The notes beneath the pieces are model-generated. The model was not told the origin of the DNA, made no database searches, and was given only the letters and a program-made list of their open reading frames with translations. Below, one piece after another: positions 1-8,784 of a stretch of 32,000 nt of DNA; the first letter of the stretch is position 1; the number at the start of each line of letters is the position of its first letter. The translations under genes and the position numbers were made by a program. The stretch spans positions 120,001-152,000 of the forward strand of contig JBHLRO010000003.1 of NCBI GenBank assembly GCA_048882505.1. Reading direction: 5' to 3'. This DNA is from Candidatus Thorarchaeota archaeon. Its GTDB lineage: Archaea > Asgardarchaeota > Heimdallarchaeia > Hodarchaeales > Hodarchaeaceae.

Positions 1-1
1 C

Positions 2-667
2 CGCTATTCTCTATACGTCTATAAAAAACCCCCCTCCCAAGAAGAACTAACCACCAAGATCAGACAGATGAATGACGATCCTGATGTCACAGGCGTAATG
101 GTACAACTTCCCCTGCCTTCAGACTGGAATGAGAACAGAATCTTGGAGCTAATAGAAACTGAAAAGGATGTGGATGGTTTAAATTATGTAAACATCGGGA
201 GATCTCTCTATAACTCCAATGTTTTTGTCCCTTGTGCGGCGGAAGGCATTATGACAATGTTGAAACACTATCACATCCCGATTGAAGGGAAAAAGGCGGT
301 TGTTTTAGGGAGAGGACGTTTATTGGGAACTCCAGTTGCCATGCTTCTGGAACATAATGATGCATTTGTCACAAAAATCCATTCAGTGGTGAATCAAACG
401 GATATTGAAAGAGAGTTAAAAGCTGCAGATATAGTAATTTCAGCAACAGGAAAACCTTGTTTTATTAAAGCTTCTATGTTAAAGGAAGGCGTCATTACCA
501 TCGATTGTGGTAATACGCGTCAAGAGAGGGAGTTCGAGGACCGTGTATTTGAAATTGCTTCGCATTTTTCAACAACTCCAGGAGGCGTAGGTCCGATGAC
601 CATTGCAATTTTGATAAATAATACGTTAAAGGCATATAAACACTTACACGGAGTTGAGGATGAATGA
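2..667 (+). CDS. folD: Bifunctional methylenetetrahydrofolate dehydrogenase/cyclohydrolase, 5'-truncated by the window edge
   Basis: Frame is open from base 2 (RYSLYVYKKPPSQEELTTKIRQMNDDPDV...). FolD motifs VQLPLP, EKDVDG, PCAAEGI, GKKAVVLGRG and TPGGVGPMT are present. Confidence 0.92.
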   Translation, partial: RYSLYVYKKPPSQEELTTKIRQMNDDPDVTGVMVQLPLPSDWNENRILELIETEKDVDGLNYVNIGRSLYNSNVFVPCAAEGIMTMLKHYHIPIEGKKAVVLGRGRLLGTPVAMLLEHNDAFVTKIHSVVNQTDIERELKAADIVISATGKPCFIKASMLKEGVITIDCGNTRQEREFEDRVFEIASHFSTTPGGVGPMTIAILINNTLKAYKHLHGVEDE

Positions 668-1392
668 AGATTGGTGTTTTAGCCAGTGGTGGAGGTTCAA
701 ATCTCCAATCAATTATTAACGCCTGTGAAAGTGACTACATTCCCGACTCAAGAGTAGAACTAGTAATCAGTAATAAAAAAGATGCTTATGCCCTAGAACG
801 GGCCAAGAAACATGAGATAGAGTCCATGTGGTTAAAACCACCCCTGGGTATGAAAAAATTTCAGAAAGGAGGGAATTTGGCTGAAATTCTGGCTGATCCA
901 GTCAGGCAGAAATATGATACACAAATCAAAAAAGCCCTGCTTGACCTTCACATTGATGTTCTCTGCATGGCAGGATATATGCTCTTTGCTACTCCAATTC
1001 TTTTGGATAATTGGGATATTATTAACATACATCCAGCGCTTCTCCCTGCGTTTCCGGGTATGCATGGAGTTCAGGATGCATGGGATTATGGTACACAGGT
1101 GATAGGCTGTACTACTCACTTTGCTGATCAAAAGATGGATCACGGCGCAATAATACTCCAGGCAACAACTCCTGTATTCCCAGGGGAAGATCCTAAGGCT
1201 TTGGCCGATAGAAATCTTAGACGGGAACACTTGATTTATCCCGAATCGCTGAGATTATACCAACAAGGCCTTTTAACAAGAAAAGGAAGAAGAATTACAA
1301 TTGAATGGGATGAAACCCATTACTTGTTTCACCAAGAATTGTTAGAATTATGGAGGAATGATTTTCATGATTACTATAATAGCAGGCAGTAG
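664..1392 (+). CDS. purN: Phosphoribosylglycinamide formyltransferase (folate-dependent)
   Basis: SGGGSNLQ phosphate loop, NIHPALLP (catalytic Asn/His), GCTTHF and MDHG (catalytic Asp). ATGA overlap with the folD stop. Confidence 0.95.
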   Translation: MKIGVLASGGGSNLQSIINACESDYIPDSRVELVISNKKDAYALERAKKHEIESMWLKPPLGMKKFQKGGNLAEILADPVRQKYDTQIKKALLDLHIDVLCMAGYMLFATPILLDNWDIINIHPALLPAFPGMHGVQDAWDYGTQVIGCTTHFADQKMDHGAIILQATTPVFPGEDPKALADRNLRREHLIYPESLRLYQQGLLTRKGRRITIEWDETHYLFHQELLELWRNDFHDYYNSRQ

Positions 1393-1741
1393 AAGCGATG
1401 AAAAAATTGTGAAAAAGGTAACTGAAGTGTTGGAAAATAAAGTAGAATTCGCAATTCATTATGCCTCATGTCATCGAAACCCTGAAGTAGTGGATAGGGT
1501 TATTTCTGAGTCTTCAGCACAGGTTTTCATTTGTATTGCTGGTCTGGCTGCTGCTTTACCTGGTTATGTGGCGGCTCGGACAGAAAAACCAGTTATAGGT
1601 GTTCCTGTTTCAGGGGTACTTAATGGATTAGATGCTCTGCTATCGATTGCTCAACTACCCAAAGGGGTTCCCGTGGCCTGTGTAGGTATAGATAATGGAC
1701 AGAATGCTGGCCTCTTGGCATTAAGGATTTTGGAAAAATGA
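1367..1741 (+). CDS. purE: AIR carboxylase / N5-CAIR mutase
   Basis: GSRSD, SCHRNP, AGLAAALPG, PVIGVP and QLPKGVPVA motifs. ATG 1367 chosen because GGAGG at 1352-1356 is too close to ATG 1358. Confidence 0.92.
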   Translation: MITIIAGSRSDEKIVKKVTEVLENKVEFAIHYASCHRNPEVVDRVISESSAQVFICIAGLAAALPGYVAARTEKPVIGVPVSGVLNGLDALLSIAQLPKGVPVACVGIDNGQNAGLLALRILEK

Positions 1742-2964
1742 TTCACCCATTTGAAGAGCGGTACCGAACCTCAGTGGCGGACCTGTTTGAGGAGGAAGCC
1801 AGAATAGGATTTATGGTTGATGTCGAAGTTGCTTTGGCCCAAGCCCATTATAATCTGGGAGTTATTACCGAAGATGAGTATCGCCGCATTAGTGAAGCCG
1901 CCAAATCGGTAACCGCTCAAAAGGTAAAAGATATTGAAAAAATAACCCACCATGACATCATGGCCTTGGTACAGGCCCTAACTGAAGCCTCAGAGTGTGA
2001 TAAAGTTCACATTGGTGCAACCTCGCAGGATATAATAGATTCAACCCTCGGTCTTCAAATGAAAAAAGCTAATGAAGTGATTTTACAAGATTTACAGAAT
2101 CTGAAAGATGTCCTATTAAAAATGGCAGAACGAACCAAACATCTTGTCTGTATCAGCCGGACCCATGGACAACACGCCCTACCGATGACGTATGGTCTTA
2201 AATTCGCTTTGTGGGCGTACGAGGTTAACGAAATTATCGAAGACCTAAGGGATACCAAATTTTATGGAAAAATGAAGGGAGCGGTTGGAACATATGCGAG
2301 TTTTACAGAACTGAACGAAAATGGGATGGAGGTAGAAAGGATAGTATTAACCCAACTCGGACTGGAAGTACCTTTAGTAACCAACCAAGTTGTTCCCCGG
2401 CTTTTTATAGCGAAATACTTGTTTAATCTGATATCGACGGTCTGTGTAATAGAAAAGATTGCAAAAGAAATAAGAAATCTGCAAAGAACAGAGATAATGG
2501 AGGTAGGGGAGCCTTTCGCCTCACAACAGACAGGAAGCTCGACGATGCCACACAAGCGTAATCCTCACAAGAGCGAAAACCTTTGTGCTTTAGCAAAACG
2601 TCTGCGTACAAATATTCTACCCGCGTTAGAAAATATTTCACTGGAACACGAACGTGATATAACAAACAGCGCCAATGAACGTATCATAGTACCGGAAACA
2701 ATCATTTTGACGCATTATATGATCCTGCAGGCTGTCTATATCCTAAAGAACCTGGAGTTTTTCGAAGAAAATATCAAAGGAAACTTAGCGAAGCAGCCCG
2801 GCATTCTCATGGAAAAGAAGATGATGCAACTAATAAAGGAAGGTTATGGAAGGCAGGAGGCGTATCAAGCGGCTAAGAAAGCTCTCAATGAGGCTGATTC
2901 TCCCTCTTCTTATCTGGGTCTTGCAGTTGAGACAACCAATAACGTGATTGAGGTGTTGAGGTAA
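1738..2964 (+). CDS. purB: Adenylosuccinate lyase
   Basis: THHDI, HIGATSQD, RTHGQHA and the fumarate-lyase signature GSSTMPHKRNP, plus HERD. Confidence 0.93.
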   Translation: MIHPFEERYRTSVADLFEEEARIGFMVDVEVALAQAHYNLGVITEDEYRRISEAAKSVTAQKVKDIEKITHHDIMALVQALTEASECDKVHIGATSQDIIDSTLGLQMKKANEVILQDLQNLKDVLLKMAERTKHLVCISRTHGQHALPMTYGLKFALWAYEVNEIIEDLRDTKFYGKMKGAVGTYASFTELNENGMEVERIVLTQLGLEVPLVTNQVVPRLFIAKYLFNLISTVCVIEKIAKEIRNLQRTEIMEVGEPFASQQTGSSTMPHKRNPHKSENLCALAKRLRTNILPALENISLEHERDITNSANERIIVPETIILTHYMILQAVYILKNLEFFEENIKGNLAKQPGILMEKKMMQLIKEGYGRQEAYQAAKKALNEADSPSSYLGLAVETTNNVIEVLR

Positions 2965-4364
2965 TGTGTGGGATAATAGGGGTAATCGGAGGGAACCTTA
3001 ATGTTGGTACCTTTTTAATGTGTCTCGAGGCCCTTGCCACTAGAGGACAGGAGGCCGCGGGCTTAACGGGATTTATAGGCGGTTTTATTTCCCAAAAAAC
3101 CCAAGGAACTGCAAAAAATCTTGAAGCTTCGCTTCCGAATACATCTGAAAAGGTAGATATTTGTGTTGCTTCGACACGATATCCAACCATTGGTAGTCTG
3201 CGCAAGGAATCGCTTCACAGACACCTAGCTCCGTTCACGGAATCCACGTCAGGAAATGGTGTTCTTAGTTTGGCATTTAATGGAAACATTATCTTTCCTG
3301 AGGTAATAAACCAAGGTAATGATGGTGCGCTTCTTTGTAAGTTGCTGAAAGAGAATCTGGAAAATACCGATCATTCGATTTATGAAGCGGTTCAGAGAGT
3401 CATGGCGCAGACAGATGGCTCCTATAGTGTCGTAGCAATGTTAGGCGATGATAAAATTATCGCTTTTAGGGATCCATTTGGTATAAGGCCTCTATGTTGG
3501 GGAGAATTAGATGATGGATATGTGGTGACCTCTGAAACCCGAATTCTTGAGAAACTCGGAATTTACGACTTTAATTTCGTTCCACCAGGAGGATTACTCA
3601 TCTTTTCTCGTGGGCGGTTTGAACGACATAGAATTCGGTTTGAACAAACGCACCACTGCATGTTTGAATGGACCTATTTTTCCCAAGCTCCTTCAATTAA
3701 TGAAGGGGCCGAAGTTTATACAGTACGATATAATCTGGGAACTATTTTGGGACGTTTATTGAAAGAACAGGGGATTGCCACCGCAGATTACGTAATTCCC
3801 GTCCCCAACACATCTCGATCTGGCGCTGTGGGATGCGCGGATTACCTAGGGCTAAGATATGCAGATGGCCTAATTAAAAACACGACTGGTCGAATATTCA
3901 TTAAACCCAAAAAATCAAGAATTAAAGAAATCAAGGTGGTATATGAAACCGTGGAGAGCGTCGTCAGAAATAAGAAAATCATCTTAATTGATGATAGTAT
4001 CGTCAGAGGAACAACCTTAACAAGTGTTATTGACCTACTTAGAAAGAAGGGAGCGAAAGAAATTCATGTTGGGATAACAACTCCCATGATCAAATATCCT
4101 TGTGTATACGGGATAGATATGTCACGGCCAGGGGAATTATTGGCATCGAAACGAACCGTGGAGGAGATCAAAACCAAATTAGGCTGTGATTCGTTAACTT
4201 ATATGTCCATAGAGGGTTTGAGAGAAGCGATCGAAGTTGATGGTTTATGTACAGCATGTTTGGATGCGATATACCCCACCCCAAAAGCGCGAGAACTCTT
4301 CAGAAATATCGATAAAATGAATGAGGATGAACGAGCATATGAACAGAATATTATTGCTAGGTAA
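2964..4364 (+). CDS. purF: Amidophosphoribosyltransferase ([4Fe-4S] type)
   Basis: N-terminal MCGI nucleophile, RGQEAAG, RDPFGIRPL, PRPP motif IDDSIVRGTT, and cluster cysteines in CMFE, PCVYGID and CTAC. Confidence 0.95.
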   Translation: MCGIIGVIGGNLNVGTFLMCLEALATRGQEAAGLTGFIGGFISQKTQGTAKNLEASLPNTSEKVDICVASTRYPTIGSLRKESLHRHLAPFTESTSGNGVLSLAFNGNIIFPEVINQGNDGALLCKLLKENLENTDHSIYEAVQRVMAQTDGSYSVVAMLGDDKIIAFRDPFGIRPLCWGELDDGYVVTSETRILEKLGIYDFNFVPPGGLLIFSRGRFERHRIRFEQTHHCMFEWTYFSQAPSINEGAEVYTVRYNLGTILGRLLKEQGIATADYVIPVPNTSRSGAVGCADYLGLRYADGLIKNTTGRIFIKPKKSRIKEIKVVYETVESVVRNKKIILIDDSIVRGTTLTSVIDLLRKKGAKEIHVGITTPMIKYPCVYGIDMSRPGELLASKRTVEEIKTKLGCDSLTYMSIEGLREAIEVDGLCTACLDAIYPTPKARELFRNIDKMNEDERAYEQNIIAR

Positions 4365-5646
4365 TGGTGCCCGAGAACATGCAATTGCCAAAGCCTTGAA
4401 ACATAACGAAAATGTTGAATTAATGGCTTATATGAACAGGATTAATCCAGGGATAAAGAATTTAGCAAAGGAATTTCATATAGGAAACCTAAATTCCAAC
4501 AAGAGTATTGTGGCCTTTGCGAAAAAGACCAAGGTGGATTTAGCTGTCATAGGTCCCGAAAATCCTTTGGCAAATGGAATCGTGGACGAATTGATGAGAG
4601 ATGCTGATATCCCTTCAGCATCACCCGATAAAGCCATGAGCAAATTGGAATGGAGCAAGGCCTACACCCGACAAATTCTGTTTGACAACTCAATACCTGC
4701 AAATCCAGAATTTCATATATTTACTGAAAGGGACGATCAGAATGAAATTGTTCGAGAAATCGAGCGTTTAATGAAAGATTGGAATAATCAGGTAGCTGTA
4801 AAACCTGATTATCTTACAGGGGGAAAAGGAGTAAAAGTGTGGGGAGATCATTTTTCAAATCGCGATCAAGTTTTTGATTATATCAGGGATGTCCTTTCCA
4901 AAGGGAATCGTAAGGTAATCGTTGAAAGGAAGCTACAGAGACCGTCTCAACTTGTAAATTCAGAATTTACACTTCAGGCATTTGTCAGCGGAGAAAATCT
5001 TTTAGGAATGCCACTTGTTCAAGATTTTAAGCGAGCGTATGATGGTGATAAAGGTCCAAACACTGGGAGTATGGGTTCTTATTCATGTACAAACCATTTG
5101 CTTCCATTTTTGTCTTCAACCGATTATGAGTTTGCACTTGAAGTCATGAAAAGCGCTGTCCGAGCAATTGGAGGATACCGAGGATTCTTATATGGACAGT
5201 TTATGCTTACAACTGAAGGAGTGAAACTGATAGAGTTTAACTCCCGTCTTGGAGACCCAGAAGCGATCAATGTGCTTCCACTATTTGTGGAGGATTTTAC
5301 GCAATCTTGCTATGAACTGGTACAGGGAGGCCTCCCGAAAGATCAATGGCAAAAGAAGGCAACTGTTTGTGTCTACTTAACACCCAAAGGTTATCCAATC
5401 AACCCCGTGGAAGGAATGGAAGTGAAAATTGATGTTCCAAAAATTCAGGAAATGAATGGGGGCATTTATTATGCCTCTGTTAAAGAGGAAGAAACAAATT
5501 CTGTTAGTACAACTAGTTCGCGTGCCCTTGGAATTCTTGGGATTGGTGATTCAGTTTCTGAAGCCAGAAATATCGCGTATTCCTGCATTGGGCATGTTCA
5601 GGGAGATTTACATTATAGAACGGATATTGCTGGTGGGATAGAATAG
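4339..5646 (+). CDS. purD: Phosphoribosylamine-glycine ligase
   Basis: GNGAREHA, GPENPLANG, LEWSKAY, GGKGV, DFKRAYDGDKGPNTGSMG and EFNSRLGDPE. ATG 4339 puts ILLLG at the usual N-terminal position. Confidence 0.95.
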   Translation: MNRILLLGNGAREHAIAKALKHNENVELMAYMNRINPGIKNLAKEFHIGNLNSNKSIVAFAKKTKVDLAVIGPENPLANGIVDELMRDADIPSASPDKAMSKLEWSKAYTRQILFDNSIPANPEFHIFTERDDQNEIVREIERLMKDWNNQVAVKPDYLTGGKGVKVWGDHFSNRDQVFDYIRDVLSKGNRKVIVERKLQRPSQLVNSEFTLQAFVSGENLLGMPLVQDFKRAYDGDKGPNTGSMGSYSCTNHLLPFLSSTDYEFALEVMKSAVRAIGGYRGFLYGQFMLTTEGVKLIEFNSRLGDPEAINVLPLFVEDFTQSCYELVQGGLPKDQWQKKATVCVYLTPKGYPINPVEGMEVKIDVPKIQEMNGGIYYASVKEEETNSVSTTSSRALGILGIGDSVSEARNIAYSCIGHVQGDLHYRTDIAGGIE

Positions 5647-6609
5647 GTGGTTCAATCCTATGATCCAGAAAAGCCCTATAGTAGGCGGATTCTCGAAATC
5701 ATTAGTCAAACTTGGGGTAATCAGGTTATTGATGTCCTAGGATATCCCGTGATCAAGGATTTTTTTGGTGCGCCTTATTTCATGGAACATGTTGACGGGA
5801 TTGGTACAAAGGGCCTATTACACTTCCAACGGGGGAGTTTCGAGGAAGCAGCAACCGACGCGTTTGCAATGAACGTTAATGATCTTGCCATTCTAGGATT
5901 TCAACCACGATTGTTAAACTGCCATCTATTACTTCAAGAAGAAAATAACGACATTTCTTTACAAATTATAAGTCAGATCGCATCGTTATGCAAGAAATAC
6001 AGGATCCTTTATACAGGAGGGGAAACAGCCATTCTGGACACTATTTCAGGATTGGAAATCGGCATTCATGTTAGTGGGACTGCCCAAAAACTCATCAATA
6101 CACCACTCGAAGAAGGCGATCTTGTTTATGGACATCCTAGCAATGGGATTCATAGTAATGGTCTAACTCTAGCTCGAAGACTGCTTAAAGAAGAGATTTT
6201 GAAATATTTAGATATTTTAACAACACCAACCAAAATTTACTTTGGTGAGCTAAATCATACAGACCGATGGGCCAAAAAACGGATGCACATTACAGGTGGA
6301 GCTTTTACAAAACTAAAAAAACTTCTAAACAGCAATTTAGGGATGATTGTTGACTTAACCGAGATAAAAATACCAAGGATCTTTCAGATCCTTTTTGAAA
6401 GACTAAGACAATATTATGAAATGCCATGCAAGGAAATGCTTAGAACATTTAATTGTGGGATAGGGTTCATTGAGATTATCGACCCCCACAACAGGGATGC
6501 CTTTGAAGAGGCGTCCAAATCAGCTTTACTGATTGGTAAAGTAACTAAAATGGAGAAGGGATGCGTACAGATCAAATCTTCTTTTGAGAACGTAATCGTA
6601 GAGATGTAA
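5647..6609 (+). CDS. purM: Phosphoribosylformylglycinamidine cyclo-ligase (AIR synthetase)
   Basis: DGIGTK, AMNVND, GGETA, SNGIHSNG, HITGG and RTFNCGIG. The GTG start directly abuts the purD stop. Confidence 0.9.
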   Translation: MVQSYDPEKPYSRRILEIISQTWGNQVIDVLGYPVIKDFFGAPYFMEHVDGIGTKGLLHFQRGSFEEAATDAFAMNVNDLAILGFQPRLLNCHLLLQEENNDISLQIISQIASLCKKYRILYTGGETAILDTISGLEIGIHVSGTAQKLINTPLEEGDLVYGHPSNGIHSNGLTLARRLLKEEILKYLDILTTPTKIYFGELNHTDRWAKKRMHITGGAFTKLKKLLNSNLGMIVDLTEIKIPRIFQILFERLRQYYEMPCKEMLRTFNCGIGFIEIIDPHNRDAFEEASKSALLIGKVTKMEKGCVQIKSSFENVIVEM

Positions 6610-6661
6610 TGGCGTTATCGATCTAGAATATACCTTAAAAAATACCAGTATACCGTTGGGC

Positions 6662-6669
6662 TTTTTTTT
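6662..6669 (+). terminator. Possible archaeal oligo-T terminator after purM
   Basis: Run of 8 T about 50 nt after the purM stop. Archaeal intrinsic terminators are typically T-tracts. Confidence 0.4.
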
Positions 6670-6761
6670 GCCTCAACAACTGTATTTGAAAACAGATAGA
6701 ATGGAAGTGTTGTAGAATAGTCATTTGGATTAAATTGTCCAATATCCCCTAAGGTGATTTT

Positions 6762-7742
6762 ATGGTTGAGATCCCGAATTTTAATCCCGTAAAAGCTGAA
6801 GAATATTTGGAATCACACGTAGAAAAACCATATTTTCGGTTATTGTATATGCGAGACGTTTTAGAACTTGGGATTCAAAATTCCGAATATTTAGAGGAAC
6901 AAGATCGATTTTTATCCCAAAAACGGATATCAAGATTTATGGACAAGCAATTGGACAATGGTAGTTGGTTAGCGCCCGGAAAAGATGGAGTATGGAGCCC
7001 GATGCATAAAAGTACTGTTTGGACGCTTCTTTTCTTGGGCTATCTCGGATTGAACGGTCTCTCACTTCCAAATATTGGCAAGGCTGTCGATTACGTTTTT
7101 GATACCAAAATTCACCAGGAAGAGAATGTTTTTCGCGAAGATCACAAAGTATGGGGGCATTTTATGCAATGCGAAAACAGTATGTTATTGCGTTCGTTAC
7201 TCTTGATGGGATTTGATGAGAGAGAAGATGTCAAACGAGCAAGTTTTGAACACTTAAAACGAATTCATGGAAAAGAGGGCTTGTGTTATTATAAAAAAGG
7301 TCCCTTGAAAACTGATAGGATGAAATTACCTTGTGTTTGGGGACTAATCAAAGATTTATTATTTTTGAATCAGTGGCCAGAGGGATGGAAGCAAACTGAA
7401 TATGGAAAAACGATTTCGTCTATAAGACGATATATATTGGGACATGATTTAACTATGACTGATTTTCCTCGTCTGAAGCAATCTGTTTCTAGCAAGTGGC
7501 ATGCCCTTGCCTATTTTAGGAGTTACTATGCCGATATTTTTGAGTTAGTGGAAGCGTTAATCCCTGGAGGAGAGGATGTTCGAACCGAAATTCTGGGGGT
7601 TTTAAAGTTGTTAGGAAGCCTATGTCGGGATTCCGTAACTTGGATTTGCGGAATTACTCCAACTTGGAGAATCCAACTCGAAAGACTCCAAGAATCCAGT
7701 CCATGGCTAACCATAAAGGGATTAAGGCTCTCCAATTTATAG
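6762..7742 (+). CDS. Hypothetical protein, probable prenyltransferase/squalene-cyclase-like (alpha/alpha toroid) repeat fold
   Basis: QW-like motif KQLDNGSW, followed by STVWTLLFLGYLG and IGKAVDYVF helices. Good SD (GGTGA 6753-6757). No DxDD cyclase motif seen. Confidence 0.55.
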   Translation: MVEIPNFNPVKAEEYLESHVEKPYFRLLYMRDVLELGIQNSEYLEEQDRFLSQKRISRFMDKQLDNGSWLAPGKDGVWSPMHKSTVWTLLFLGYLGLNGLSLPNIGKAVDYVFDTKIHQEENVFREDHKVWGHFMQCENSMLLRSLLLMGFDEREDVKRASFEHLKRIHGKEGLCYYKKGPLKTDRMKLPCVWGLIKDLLFLNQWPEGWKQTEYGKTISSIRRYILGHDLTMTDFPRLKQSVSSKWHALAYFRSYYADIFELVEALIPGGEDVRTEILGVLKLLGSLCRDSVTWICGITPTWRIQLERLQESSPWLTIKGLRLSNL

Positions 7743-7851
7743 GTAAAAAGGATAGGAGCACTAATTAACATCATTGATGCCCCTAACTAAGGTTTTAGCA
7801 ACCTGTATGAAAAAGTATCAAATTAAAATCTGTTTAAATAGCCATTAAATT

Positions 7852-8631
7852 ATGCGAATACGAGACCCTGAAGGCGTGGAACTCAAACATATCTTGAAAT
7901 ACGCCGATTTTGATGGCAAAAAGGTGCTAGAGATTGGATGTGGAGATGGAAGGCTAACCTACAAATATGCCGCTTTAACGGAGCACGTTACCGCTATCGA
8001 TCCATCCATGGAAGAGATAAAAAAGGCGATTGAGAAAATACCGAGTCATTTAACAGCAAAGCTAGAGTTTCGTGAGGGAGGAGGCGAAAGCTTGCCATTT
8101 TCGGATAATTCCTTTGATATTGCGTTTTTTGCTTACTCGTTATGTTGTTTTGATGGAATGGAGGAAATGAAAAACGGCGTAGATGAGGCATGGCGAGTTC
8201 TGACGCCCAATGGAGGCATATTGATAGGTCTTCAACCGAGTCTCTATCAACCATTTAAGGGTAATAAAGGCTCTGTCCTACATTTAATTTCTCGCAGGCC
8301 AATCGATCTAGTGAATTATGATGGAGGAGATTGGACTGAAAAAAAGACACTTTCTCTTTACGCTCTCAAAAAGGCAACATTATATGATCACAAGTTTGAA
8401 CCCATGGTTGATAAGAGTTTTACACGTAACACCTATTACAACACGATTGAAGAAGTTATAGATGAAGTAGGAATAGAGCTTAAGGGTCCATTAGAAGAAG
8501 TTTTGAACCTCCAAACTTATAATAAACTTAAAGAGATTACGGAATCACTAACGACGCCCAGAGGAATCTGTATACGGCAAAATGTTGTACTTTCAATCCT
8601 TAGAAAGTTGGCAGCCCCTAAGACTGGCTGA
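7852..8631 (+). CDS. Class I SAM-dependent methyltransferase
   Basis: Motif I VLEIGCGDG, acidic AIDPS, LPFSDNSFDIAF and RVLTPNG. Confidence 0.85.
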   Translation: MRIRDPEGVELKHILKYADFDGKKVLEIGCGDGRLTYKYAALTEHVTAIDPSMEEIKKAIEKIPSHLTAKLEFREGGGESLPFSDNSFDIAFFAYSLCCFDGMEEMKNGVDEAWRVLTPNGGILIGLQPSLYQPFKGNKGSVLHLISRRPIDLVNYDGGDWTEKKTLSLYALKKATLYDHKFEPMVDKSFTRNTYYNTIEEVIDEVGIELKGPLEEVLNLQTYNKLKEITESLTTPRGICIRQNVVLSILRKLAAPKTG

Positions 8632-8784
8632 AACATACCTTCTAAGAGGACAAATCGACGAAACATTTTCAGGGGAAATCAGTTAATTAACACAGCGTTT
8701 AAATATTTATACCAGCAATACCAACGCCACTTGGGTGGAATCTTAAGAAATTCTTTTAATTATGAATTATCTTTTTGTCTTAAG

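Noticed and set aside
6725-6742. TTGGA-N8-TCCAA inverted repeat over a TATA-like box
   Set aside because: 5-bp arms are expected by chance, and no second copy was seen.
6642-8722. Similar words ATACCAGTATACC (6642-6654) and ATACCAGCAATACC (8709-8722) flanking the two inserted genes, as a possible target-site duplication
   Set aside because: The match is short and gapped, with no integrase, transposase or terminal repeats; not distinguishable from chance.
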